Positions 47,981 through 56,634 of a stretch of 64,000 nucleotides of DNA are shown piece after piece. Each line of letters starts with the position of its first letter. Position 1 is the stretch's first letter. The notes under the pieces are model-generated. The model searched no databases and was not told the origin of the DNA. It saw only the letters and a list, made by a program, of their open reading frames with translations. Made by a program: the position numbers and the translations under genes. The stretch is from the NCBI GenBank assembly GCA_044345375.1, contig JBIJBF010000002.1, positions 46,619 to 110,618 on the forward strand, in the 5' to 3' direction. This DNA comes from Alphaproteobacteria bacterium. GTDB taxonomy: Bacteria > Pseudomonadota > Alphaproteobacteria > CAISOG01.

Positions 47981-49579
47981 ATGTCTTCAGCTGCCCCCAA
48001 AATTCTGATCGCCGACGATCTTTCCCCCGCTGCGGTTGCGGTGTTTGCCAAGGCTGGGTTGCAGGCGGACGTCAAAACCAAATTGCCGGTTGAGGAGTTG
48101 ATGGCGATTCTGCCCGCCTATGAGGGGTTGGCGGTGCGTTCCAGCACCAAGGTGACCGCACAGGTTTTGGCCGCCACCACCAACTTGCGGGTGATTGGCC
48201 GCGCGGGGATCGGGGTTGACAATATTGATGTCAAGGCCGCCTCAGCCTCCGGCGTGGTGGTGATGAACACGCCCTTTGGCAATTCGGTGACCACGGCGGA
48301 GCATGCCTTTGCGCTGTTGATGGCCTTGGCGCGCCAACTGCCAGCGGCGGATGCCAGCACGCGGGCGGGCAAATGGGAAAAATCCCGCTTCATGGGCGTT
48401 GAATTGCTGGACAAGCTGTTGGGCGTGATCGGTTGCGGCAACATCGGCGCGCATGTCGCGGTGCGCGCCAAGGCCTTTGGCATGCGGGTGTTGGCCTATG
48501 ACCCCTATCTCACCAACGAACGTGCCGCCCATTTGGGGGTGGAAAAGGTTGAGTTGGAGGGTTTGCTGGCCAACGCCGATTTCATCACCCTGCACACCCC
48601 AATGACCGAAAGCACGCACCATCTTTTGAACGCCACCACCCTGGCCAAAACCAAGCGCGGCGTGCGCCTGATCAACTGTGCCAGGGGCGGCCTGATCGAC
48701 GAACAGGCGTTGCAGGATGCGCTGGCCAGCGGCCAGGTGGCGGGCGCGGCGCTGGACGTGTTTGAAACCGAACCGGCGCGGGAGCATCCGTTGTTTGCCG
48801 ATGAACGGGTGATCTTCACCCCGCATTTGGGTGCCTCAACCGCTGAGGCGCAGGAAAAGGTGGCGGTGCAGGTGGCTGAGCAAATGGTCGACTTCCTGCT
48901 GCATGGCGCGGTCAGCAACGCCGTCAACCTGCCCTCGGTCAAGGCGGATGAGTTGGAGCATTTGAGCCCCTATCTGAAATTGGCCGAGCAATTGGGGCAA
49001 TTGGCTGGCCAAATTACCGGCAAGGCCATTCAGGCGGTGGAATTGGCCTATGAGGGGGCGGCGGCGCAGTTGAACACCAAGGCGCTGAGCAATCTGGCGA
49101 TTTGCGGCCTGCTTAGCCCGATTTTGAACGATGTGAATCAGGTCAACGCGGCGCAACTGGCGGCGGCACGCGGCATCAAATTGCAGGAGGTTAAGCGGGA
49201 GCGCAACCCCGACTTCCAAAGCCTGATCCGCCTAACCGTGACCACCGAATCAGGAAACACGACCTTTGCCGGCACCATTTTGGGCGGCAAGCTGCCCCGC
49301 ATTGTTGAGCTGGATGGGGTGCATATCGAGGCTGAGTTGGGGGCGCAAATGCTGTACATGCGCAACGCCGACCGCCCAGGCTTTATTGGCGCGCTGGGGC
49401 AATGTTTGGGCCAGCATGGCATCAACATCGCAACCTTTCATTTGGGGCGCACCGGCCCGCAGCAAACCGCGATTACCCTGCTGCAAACCGATCAACCGGT
49501 GCCAGCTGATGTGGTGAAATCGTTGCAGCAACTGCCGCATGTGGAACGGGTGGTCACCCTGTCGCTAAGCGCGGCTTAG
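47981..49579 (+). CDS. serA: D-3-phosphoglycerate dehydrogenase
   Basis: The NAD-binding motif GVIGCGNIGAHVA is present, with a catalytic domain and a C-terminal ACT domain. The preferred start is MSSAAPKILIADD at 47981. Confidence 0.9.
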   Translation: MSSAAPKILIADDLSPAAVAVFAKAGLQADVKTKLPVEELMAILPAYEGLAVRSSTKVTAQVLAATTNLRVIGRAGIGVDNIDVKAASASGVVVMNTPFGNSVTTAEHAFALLMALARQLPAADASTRAGKWEKSRFMGVELLDKLLGVIGCGNIGAHVAVRAKAFGMRVLAYDPYLTNERAAHLGVEKVELEGLLANADFITLHTPMTESTHHLLNATTLAKTKRGVRLINCARGGLIDEQALQDALASGQVAGAALDVFETEPAREHPLFADERVIFTPHLGASTAEAQEKVAVQVAEQMVDFLLHGAVSNAVNLPSVKADELEHLSPYLKLAEQLGQLAGQITGKAIQAVELAYEGAAAQLNTKALSNLAICGLLSPILNDVNQVNAAQLAAARGIKLQEVKRERNPDFQSLIRLTVTTESGNTTFAGTILGGKLPRIVELDGVHIEAELGAQMLYMRNADRPGFIGALGQCLGQHGINIATFHLGRTGPQQTAITLLQTDQPVPADVVKSLQQLPHVERVVTLSLSAA

Positions 49580-49600
49580 CGGGGCGGGGGTTCGCATATT

Positions 49601-50845
49601 ATGGCGTTGATTGTGCAAAAATTTGGCGGAACCTCAGTCGCCGATGTCGACCGCATTCGCAACGCGGCTTTGCTGGTGCAGGCAAGCGTGGCGGCGGGGC
49701 ATCAGGTGGTGGTGGTGGTTTCCGCGATGGCCGGCACCACCAACCAATTGTTGGCCTGGTGCAACGATCTTTCGGCGTTGGATGCCCCCGAACATTGGGC
49801 CAATGCGGATACCGTGGTGGCCAGTGGTGAGCAGATTACCTGCGGCCTGATGGCGCTGGCGCTGCAACAACTGGGGGTGCCGGCGCGCAGCTGGGCGGGA
49901 TGGCAGGTGCCGATCACCACCACCGACAGTTTCTCCAAGGCTACCATTACCGCGATCAACCCCGATGCCCTGTATGCGGATTTGGCGGCAGGGTTGGTGG
50001 CGGTGGTGGCGGGCTTTCAGGGGGTGACCGTGGGGGGGCGCATCAGCACGCTGGGGCGGGGTGGATCGGATTTGTCCGCGGTGGCGCTGGCGGCGGCTCT
50101 TAAGGCCGATCGCTGCGATATTTACACCGACGTGGATGGGGTCTACACCGCCGATCCCCGCATCGTCACTGATGCCAGAAAACTGGGGCAGGTGACCTAT
50201 GAGGAAATGTTGGAGATGGCCTCAGCCGGGGCCAAGGTGTTGCAAACCCGGTCGGTGGCCCTGGCCATGAAATACAACGTGCCCCTGCAGGTGCTGTCGT
50301 CTTTTCGCGACATGCCTGGAACTTTTGTCGTAGAGGATGAGAAAAAAATGGAACAAGAAGTCGTAACCGGCCTAACCCACAGCCGTGATGAGGCCAAAAT
50401 CACCCTGTTTGACGTGCCGGATCGCCCAGGCGTGGCCGCCAGCATCTTTGGCCCATTGGCTGAGGCGGAAATCAACGTCGACATGATCGTGCAAAGCGTG
50501 TCGCCGGATGGCCGCCAGACCGACATGACCTTTACCGTGCCCAAGGGCGATTTAACCCGCGCCACCGCTGCCCTACAGGCCGCCCACCCAACCATCGGCT
50601 ATGAAAAGCTGGTGGCGGATGCCAAGGTGGTCAAGGTGTCGGTGGTGGGGGTTGGCATGCGCAGCCACGCCGGGGTGGCGGCCACCATGTTTGCCTGCCT
50701 ATCGGCCAAGGGCATCAACATTCAGGTCATCTCCACCTCAGAAATCAAAATCAGCGTGCTGATCGCTGAGGAATATCTGGAACTGGCGGTACGCAGCCTG
50801 CACAGCGCCTATGGCTTGGATGTTGCATCTGATCCTGCTGTTTAA
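49601..50845 (+). CDS. Aspartate kinase
   Basis: MALIVQKFGGTSVADVDRIRNAA...VVVVSAMAGTTNQLL... with tandem C-terminal ACT domains. Confidence 0.9.
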   Translation: MALIVQKFGGTSVADVDRIRNAALLVQASVAAGHQVVVVVSAMAGTTNQLLAWCNDLSALDAPEHWANADTVVASGEQITCGLMALALQQLGVPARSWAGWQVPITTTDSFSKATITAINPDALYADLAAGLVAVVAGFQGVTVGGRISTLGRGGSDLSAVALAAALKADRCDIYTDVDGVYTADPRIVTDARKLGQVTYEEMLEMASAGAKVLQTRSVALAMKYNVPLQVLSSFRDMPGTFVVEDEKKMEQEVVTGLTHSRDEAKITLFDVPDRPGVAASIFGPLAEAEINVDMIVQSVSPDGRQTDMTFTVPKGDLTRATAALQAAHPTIGYEKLVADAKVVKVSVVGVGMRSHAGVAATMFACLSAKGINIQVISTSEIKISVLIAEEYLELAVRSLHSAYGLDVASDPAV

Positions 50846-50930
50846 GCGTCCTTAAGGTTTTGCGTCGGTTTGTTGTCATACGGCCGTTGTATGATGTGCG
50901 TGAACGACGTCAGGCTAAGAAAGGATCAAG

Positions 50931-52037
50931 ATGGAACGCTACATCGCCTTGTTAAAAGAATTCCTGCAGGAGCTCACAGCCTCGTCAGAGGTTTCTGCTG
51001 AGGCGCTTTTTGCCGAAACGCAGGCCAAGGCAAAGGGCGGGGATGTGGTGGCGCAACGAAATTTGGGTGTGCTCTACGCCCTTGGGGCTGGGGTTGGCCA
51101 AGACGCGGCCAAGGCGCTGCACTGGTTTCAATTGGCGGCGTATAGCGACGATGCCGTGGCGCAATATATCTTGGGCGTGATTTATGAGGAGGGGGCGGGG
51201 GAAGACAGCGATCCTGCTGAGGCGCTCAAATGGTATCGTAATTCGGCCGAGCAGGGGTATGCAACCGCGCAAAACTGTCTTGGTTGGATGTACCGTTGGG
51301 GCGTTGGGGTGCCCCAGGATTACGCTGAAGCGGTCAAGTGGTACCGCAAAGCCGCGAAGCAGGGGGATGCAAAGGCGCAAAGAAATCTTGCTGTCATGTA
51401 TTATGAGGGTTATGGGGTTCGCAAAGACGCTGCAAAGGCGATGGTATGGTTCAGAGAGGCGGCAGAACAAGGAAATGTATCTGCGCAATTCTTGCTTGGA
51501 GCTATGTATTCCGCAGGTGGGGAAGATTTGCCTAAGAACAATATCGAAGCGGTCAAATGGTACCGCAAAGCCGCTGAGCAGGGGGATGTATCCGCGCAAT
51601 TCTTGCTTGGGACTATGTATTTCGTAGGTGACGGATTGCCTCGGAACGATATCGAAGCGGTCAAATGGTACCGCAAAGCAGCGAAGCAGGGTTATGCATC
51701 CGCCCAACACTCGCTTGGGGTTATGTATGAGTGGGGGTGGGGCGTTCCCAAAGACGCAGCCACGGCGGTCAAATGGTACCGCAAATCAGCGAAGCAGGGC
51801 GATAGGTATGGACAGAGAGATCTTGGCCTGAGTTATGCCAATGGCCATGGGGTGCCCAAGAACAAGGAAAAAGCCTATATCTGGTTGGAGCGAGCTGTTG
51901 CACAGGGGAAGGAGGATGCCTGCAAAATGCGCGATGAAATTGCCGCCCAACTAACCCCAGCGCAGCTTGCCCGTGCGAAAAAGGCGGCCAGCCAGCCTTT
52001 GGACGTGGAGGTGTTCGACGCTGAATCAACCGCTTGA
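50931..52037 (+). CDS. Sel1-repeat protein (9 tandem Sel1 repeats), no signal peptide
   Basis: Repeated 36-aa units of the form AEAVKWYRKAAEQGDVSAQFLLGTMYFVGDGLPRND. The DNA at 51100-51850 is a tandem array of ~108-bp repeats with lower GC. Confidence 0.75.
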   Translation: MERYIALLKEFLQELTASSEVSAEALFAETQAKAKGGDVVAQRNLGVLYALGAGVGQDAAKALHWFQLAAYSDDAVAQYILGVIYEEGAGEDSDPAEALKWYRNSAEQGYATAQNCLGWMYRWGVGVPQDYAEAVKWYRKAAKQGDAKAQRNLAVMYYEGYGVRKDAAKAMVWFREAAEQGNVSAQFLLGAMYSAGGEDLPKNNIEAVKWYRKAAEQGDVSAQFLLGTMYFVGDGLPRNDIEAVKWYRKAAKQGYASAQHSLGVMYEWGWGVPKDAATAVKWYRKSAKQGDRYGQRDLGLSYANGHGVPKNKEKAYIWLERAVAQGKEDACKMRDEIAAQLTPAQLARAKKAASQPLDVEVFDAESTA

Positions 52038-52067
52038 CCTGTTGGGTGATCCCCGCTTTGATAGGTC

Positions 52068-53462
52068 ATGCGCAGCATCCGTCCCTATCTGATTTCCTGG
52101 TTGATTTTGAACCTGCCCTTGGCCCTGCTGGCCGTGCTGATGGGCGGCGGGGTTCGGCCTAAGCTGTTGGTGCTTTTGTCGGCGGTGCTATCCGCCGTGG
52201 TGTTGGCGCGGTGGCGTTTGGAGCGGCAAAAACTGATCACGGCGATTGCGCAGGATCAGCCGCTAACCGCTGGTTGGTTGCGCCTGAATGAGCAGGCTGA
52301 GGTGGCGATTGCGGGGATGCGCAGGCTGCATCAGCAAAAAATTGCCGAATCCTTGGCGGCGGTGGCGCACTGGCAAAGCCTGTTGAATGAGATCAGCCAA
52401 CCGGTGCTGCTGACCGATGAGATGCAACGGATTACCTATGCCAACCCCGCCGCCCTGACCGCTTTCGGTGACCATGTTGTTGGCCTGTTGCTGGGCCAGG
52501 CGATTCGCGCCAACAATCTGTTGGCAGCGGCTGAGGCGTGCTTTCAGGATAAGAATCCGCGGGATTTGGAGGCCAGCTTGGTGGATGGCGATGCCCTGTG
52601 GATCTACCGCATCAGCCTGCGCCTGATCGCCCCAGTTAAAAAAGCCTATCAAGCCGCTGGCGCCAGCACTTCGCCCAATTTGCTGGTGTTTGCTGAGGAT
52701 ATTACCGAGCTGCGGGCGCAGGAGCAGGCGCGGGTGGATTTTGTCGCCAACGCCAGCCACGAGCTGCGCACCCCGCTGGCCAGCGTGCTGGGCTTTGTGG
52801 AAACCTTGCAGGGCCCCGCGCGGGAGGATGTGGCGGCCAGAGATCGCTTCCTGACCATTATTCATGAGGAGGCCGGCCGCATGGCGCGGCTGGTTAACAG
52901 CCTGCTAAGCCTTAGCCAGGTTGAGCAGAACAGCGAGCTGCCGGATGAGCTGGTGGATTTGGTGCCGCTGGTGCGGGAGGTGGCGCAGAGTCTGGAAATG
53001 CAGTCCAAGCAACGGCAGATGCCGATTGTGTTGGATCTGCCGGATCAGCTGACGGTGGTGGGCGATGATGATCAGTTGGCGCAGGTGGTGCGCAACCTGC
53101 TGGACAACGCGCTGAAATACGGCAGGGGCGGCACGCCGATTGTGCTGAAAGCCAGCCAAGATGCCAGCCAAGATGATAGGGTGTGGCACATTCGGGTGAC
53201 CGATCAGGGCGATGGCATCCCCCCCGAATCGCTATCGCGCCTGACCGAACGGTTTTATCGGGTGGACAAGGCGCGGGCGCGATCGGTGGGGGGCAGCGGG
53301 CTGGGGCTGGCGATTGTGAAGAAAATTCTGCAGCGTCACGGCGGCGATCTGGTGATCGACAGCACCCTGGGGCAGGGCAGCGTGTTCACCATCCAGCTGC
53401 CGGTCGCGGCCGGCACCGCTGTACCGATCCAGCCAGATCAGCAGGATCAGGACGCGGCCTGA
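52068..53462 (+). CDS. Sensor histidine kinase (PhoR-like)
   Basis: N-terminal TM segments and a PAS-like region are followed by H-box FVANASHELRTPLASV, N-box LLDNALKY, and G-boxes DQGDGIP and GGSGLGLAIVK. Confidence 0.75.
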   Translation: MRSIRPYLISWLILNLPLALLAVLMGGGVRPKLLVLLSAVLSAVVLARWRLERQKLITAIAQDQPLTAGWLRLNEQAEVAIAGMRRLHQQKIAESLAAVAHWQSLLNEISQPVLLTDEMQRITYANPAALTAFGDHVVGLLLGQAIRANNLLAAAEACFQDKNPRDLEASLVDGDALWIYRISLRLIAPVKKAYQAAGASTSPNLLVFAEDITELRAQEQARVDFVANASHELRTPLASVLGFVETLQGPAREDVAARDRFLTIIHEEAGRMARLVNSLLSLSQVEQNSELPDELVDLVPLVREVAQSLEMQSKQRQMPIVLDLPDQLTVVGDDDQLAQVVRNLLDNALKYGRGGTPIVLKASQDASQDDRVWHIRVTDQGDGIPPESLSRLTERFYRVDKARARSVGGSGLGLAIVKKILQRHGGDLVIDSTLGQGSVFTIQLPVAAGTAVPIQPDQQDQDAA

Positions 53463-53464
53463 GT

Positions 53465-53812
53465 TTAGAAGTCAAGCTGCGTGGCATCAATCCCCAAGCC
53501 CTTCGCGATTTTTTCGCGGCTGGCTTTGCGGATGGTTTTTTTGGCCTCCAACTGCGCGTAGGAGCCTTGGGTAATGCCCATACGGCTGGCCACCTCAGTC
53601 TGGGTCAGCTCAAGATATTCCCGCCACGCCCGTGCGGCTGAGCAGTCATCCGTCAACGCCCGATCCACCACCGCTAGGGGGATGGCTGGTTCCGCCCTCA
53701 TTGGCTTGTTGTGCAACAAGCTTTGGTAGTCGGCAAAGGGCAGCACGGCAAAAGCGGGATGGCCATGTTGGTCACGCAGAATTTGCACGGTATCAATAGG
53801 TATGTTCATCAC
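53465..53812 (-). CDS. HTH (XRE-like) antitoxin, HigA-like
   Basis: 115 aa. The C-terminal HTH is LELTQTEVASRMGITQGSYAQLEAKK. It lies downstream of, and overlaps by 20 bp, a RelE/ParE-fold toxin gene. Confidence 0.6.
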   Translation of the reverse strand: MMNIPIDTVQILRDQHGHPAFAVLPFADYQSLLHNKPMRAEPAIPLAVVDRALTDDCSAARAWREYLELTQTEVASRMGITQGSYAQLEAKKTIRKASREKIAKGLGIDATQLDF

Positions 53813-54047
53813 GTTTTTTCACCTCCTCAATTGAAACAATGCGCACCGCGCCATCGTAATTAAAAAACACCCGAAAATTGCCAACGCGCAGCCGATACTG
53901 GCAGGCGTGATCAACCAGCACCCTAACGTTGCTGCAGTTTGGCATCTCAGCAAGTTTGTAACACGCGTCAATAATAACCCTGCTGTCCGCGCCTTGTAAC
54001 TTACGCAACTGCTTGGCAGCTTTGTGGGTAATTTCAACGTCGTTCAT
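53793..54047 (-). CDS. RelE/ParE-superfamily toxin (HigB-like, toxin-first arrangement)
   Basis: 84 aa. KAAKQLRKL...YRLRVGNFRVFFNYDGAVRIVSIEEVKKRDEHTY is a typical RelE/HigB core. Confidence 0.65.
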   Translation of the reverse strand: MNDVEITHKAAKQLRKLQGADSRVIIDACYKLAEMPNCSNVRVLVDHACQYRLRVGNFRVFFNYDGAVRIVSIEEVKKRDEHTY

Positions 54048-54176
54048 GGGTTTTATTATGGGCTAATTATTGGTTTTGTCAAGTTCTATCCAATAATAAT
54101 TTTACGCCAGCATGCGGTACCAACACCACAAAAATCCCGCTTGCGCCGGTTGGGCAATGGCGGCACAATCGCCGGC

Positions 54177-56525
54177 ATGACCCAGATATCTTATTCCGCT
54201 GACGCCGTTGTTGCCAATGGCGGCTCAACCGCCCATACCACCCTGCCGCCCTATCTGTTGGGGTTGAACGAGCCGCAACGGCAGGCGGTGGAAACGCTTG
54301 AGGGGTCGGTGCTGGTGCTGGCGGGGGCGGGCACCGGCAAAACCAAGGTGTTGACCAGCCGTATCGGCCATCTGCTGCTGGCGCGCAAGGCCTTTGCCAA
54401 TCAGGTGCTGGCCGTGACCTTTACCAACAAGGCGGCGCGGGAAATGCGCGAACGGCTTAGCCATTTGGTCGGCGGCGTGGCGGAGAGTGTGTGGCTGGGC
54501 ACCTTTCACAGCCTGTGCGTGCGGATTTTGCGCAAACATGCTGAGGCGGTGGGGCTGGCGCCCAGCTTTACGATTCTGGACGCCGATGACCAATTGCGCC
54601 TGATCAAAAAATTGCTGCCCAACTACGCGCTGGACGAAAAACGCTACCCGCCCCGCATGCTGGCCGCCACCATTCAGCGGTGGAAGGATCGCGGGCTGCT
54701 GCCCCACCAATTGACCAGTGCCGATTTGGGCAGCGCGGTTTATATGAAGATCCGCGATTTGTACGCCGAGTATCAGGCACGCCTGCAAAACTTAAACGCC
54801 TGCGATTTTGGCGATTTGATCCTGCTGTGCCTGCATTTGTTCAAAACCGATGCTGAGATTTTGGCGCAGTACCAACAGCAGTTCCGCTATATTTTGGTGG
54901 ATGAGTATCAAGATACCAACGTCGCGCAATATATGTGGCTTAGGCTGCTGGCGCAAAACCATCGCAACCTGTGCTGCGTGGGGGATGATGACCAATCGAT
55001 CTACAGCTGGCGCGGCGCTGAGGTGGGGAATATTTTACGGTTTGGCGAGGATTTTCCGGGCGCGGTGATTATCCGGCTGGAACAAAACTACCGCTCAACC
55101 CCTGAGATTTTGCAGGCGGCCAGCGGGTTGATCGCCAACAACGAGGGGCGTTTGGGCAAAACCTTGTGGACGGAGGCCACCACCGGCACCCCAATCGCGG
55201 TCTGGCATTTGTGGGACGATGCTGAGGAGGCGCGCAGCATTGGCGATCAGGTGGAACTGCTGCGTCGTGAGGGTCATTTGTTGGGCGATATGGCGATTTT
55301 GGTGCGGGCGGGCTTTCAAACCCGCAGCTTTGAGGAGCGGTTTTTGGCGATCGGCTTGCCCTATCGCGTGATCGGCGGGCCGCGCTTTTACGAACGGGCT
55401 GAGGTGCGTGACGCGTTGGCCTATCTGCGCCTGGTGGTGCAGCCATCCGACGACATGGCCTTTGAGCGCGTCATCAACACCCCCAAACGTGGGTTGGGGG
55501 AGGCCAGCCTGCAGCTGCTGAACCAAACCGCGCGCAGCCTGCAGATTCCGCTGTTGGGCGCGGCCACCCAATTGGTGGATACGGAGGAGTTAAAGCCGGC
55601 GGCGCGTAAAGCCCTGCAATCTTTTGTCGACCAGATTCGCCGTTGGCGCAGCCAGATTGAGGCGCAACCGCCCGCCGAGTTGGCCGGCATGGTGTTGGAC
55701 GAATCCGGCTACACCGCGATGTGGAAAAACGATCCGGCGCCCGATTCGGCCGGTCGCTTAGAAAACCTGAAAGAACTGCTGCGCGCGATTGAGGGTTTTG
55801 ACACCATCACCGGTTTTCTGGAACATATCGCCCTGGTGATGGACAACGCCAGCGAGAATGCTGAGGATATGGTCACCATCATGACCCTGCACGCCGCCAA
55901 GGGGCTGGAATACCAAACCGTGTTTTTGCCGGGGTGGGAGGAGGGGTTGTTCCCCCACCAAAAAGCCCTGGACGAAACCGGCCCGGCGGGGTTGGAGGAG
56001 GAGCGGCGCTTGGCCTATGTTGGCATTACCCGCGCCAAAAAATCCCTGACCATCACCCATGCCGCCAACCGCCGCGTGCATGGGCAGTGGCAGCAGAACG
56101 CGCCATCACGGTTTTTGGAGGAGTTGCCCGCCCAGTTGGTTGAGCTGCGCCAAAGCTTTCAGCAGGGCTCGCAACGGTTGGAATCGGTAGGGCAAGGTTC
56201 AGGCCAAGGCCAAGGATGGGGGCGCAACCGTTTTGGTGGTGATGGGGGAGGGGGTGGCGCGCGCCGCGGCAATGACGGTGGCGGCTCGAACAGCTATGCC
56301 AAACAGTTGCTTGGCCAGAACCGCAGCAACAGCTATGCCCCACCATCTGGTGTTGCCTTAGCCCCGCGGGCGGATGGCCTGGCAATCGGCGCACGGGTTC
56401 GCCACGAACTGTTTGGTCAGGGCATCGTGACGGCGGTTGACGGCACCAAACTTGAGGTGCGCTTTGACGGCATCGGCAGCAAAAAAGTCATGGCCGGCTT
56501 TGTCCGGGCGGTTTCGAGTGGGTAG
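54177..56525 (+). CDS. uvrD: ATP-dependent DNA helicase UvrD/PcrA family
   Basis: LNEPQRQAVETLEGSVLVLAGAGTGKTKVLTSRI (motif I), DEYQDTN, and a Gly-rich C-terminal tail. The preferred start is MTQISY at 54177. Confidence 0.85.
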   Translation: MTQISYSADAVVANGGSTAHTTLPPYLLGLNEPQRQAVETLEGSVLVLAGAGTGKTKVLTSRIGHLLLARKAFANQVLAVTFTNKAAREMRERLSHLVGGVAESVWLGTFHSLCVRILRKHAEAVGLAPSFTILDADDQLRLIKKLLPNYALDEKRYPPRMLAATIQRWKDRGLLPHQLTSADLGSAVYMKIRDLYAEYQARLQNLNACDFGDLILLCLHLFKTDAEILAQYQQQFRYILVDEYQDTNVAQYMWLRLLAQNHRNLCCVGDDDQSIYSWRGAEVGNILRFGEDFPGAVIIRLEQNYRSTPEILQAASGLIANNEGRLGKTLWTEATTGTPIAVWHLWDDAEEARSIGDQVELLRREGHLLGDMAILVRAGFQTRSFEERFLAIGLPYRVIGGPRFYERAEVRDALAYLRLVVQPSDDMAFERVINTPKRGLGEASLQLLNQTARSLQIPLLGAATQLVDTEELKPAARKALQSFVDQIRRWRSQIEAQPPAELAGMVLDESGYTAMWKNDPAPDSAGRLENLKELLRAIEGFDTITGFLEHIALVMDNASENAEDMVTIMTLHAAKGLEYQTVFLPGWEEGLFPHQKALDETGPAGLEEERRLAYVGITRAKKSLTITHAANRRVHGQWQQNAPSRFLEELPAQLVELRQSFQQGSQRLESVGQGSGQGQGWGRNRFGGDGGGGGARRGNDGGGSNSYAKQLLGQNRSNSYAPPSGVALAPRADGLAIGARVRHELFGQGIVTAVDGTKLEVRFDGIGSKKVMAGFVRAVSSG

Positions 56526-56565
56526 GGACCGTTGGTAGTTTCAGTGGAGGAGGTGTCAGCAAGAA

Positions 56566-56610
56566 CCACCCCGTCAGGCTTCGCCTGCCACCCCTCCGCG
56601 GGAGGGGAAT
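56566..56610. repeat. REP-like unit, locus E
   Basis: ccaccccgtcaggcttcgcctgccacccctccgcgggaggggaat lies between uvrD and pheT, which are convergent. Confidence 0.8.
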
Positions 56611-56634
56611 TTAGGGCATCCAATATCCCCCCCC

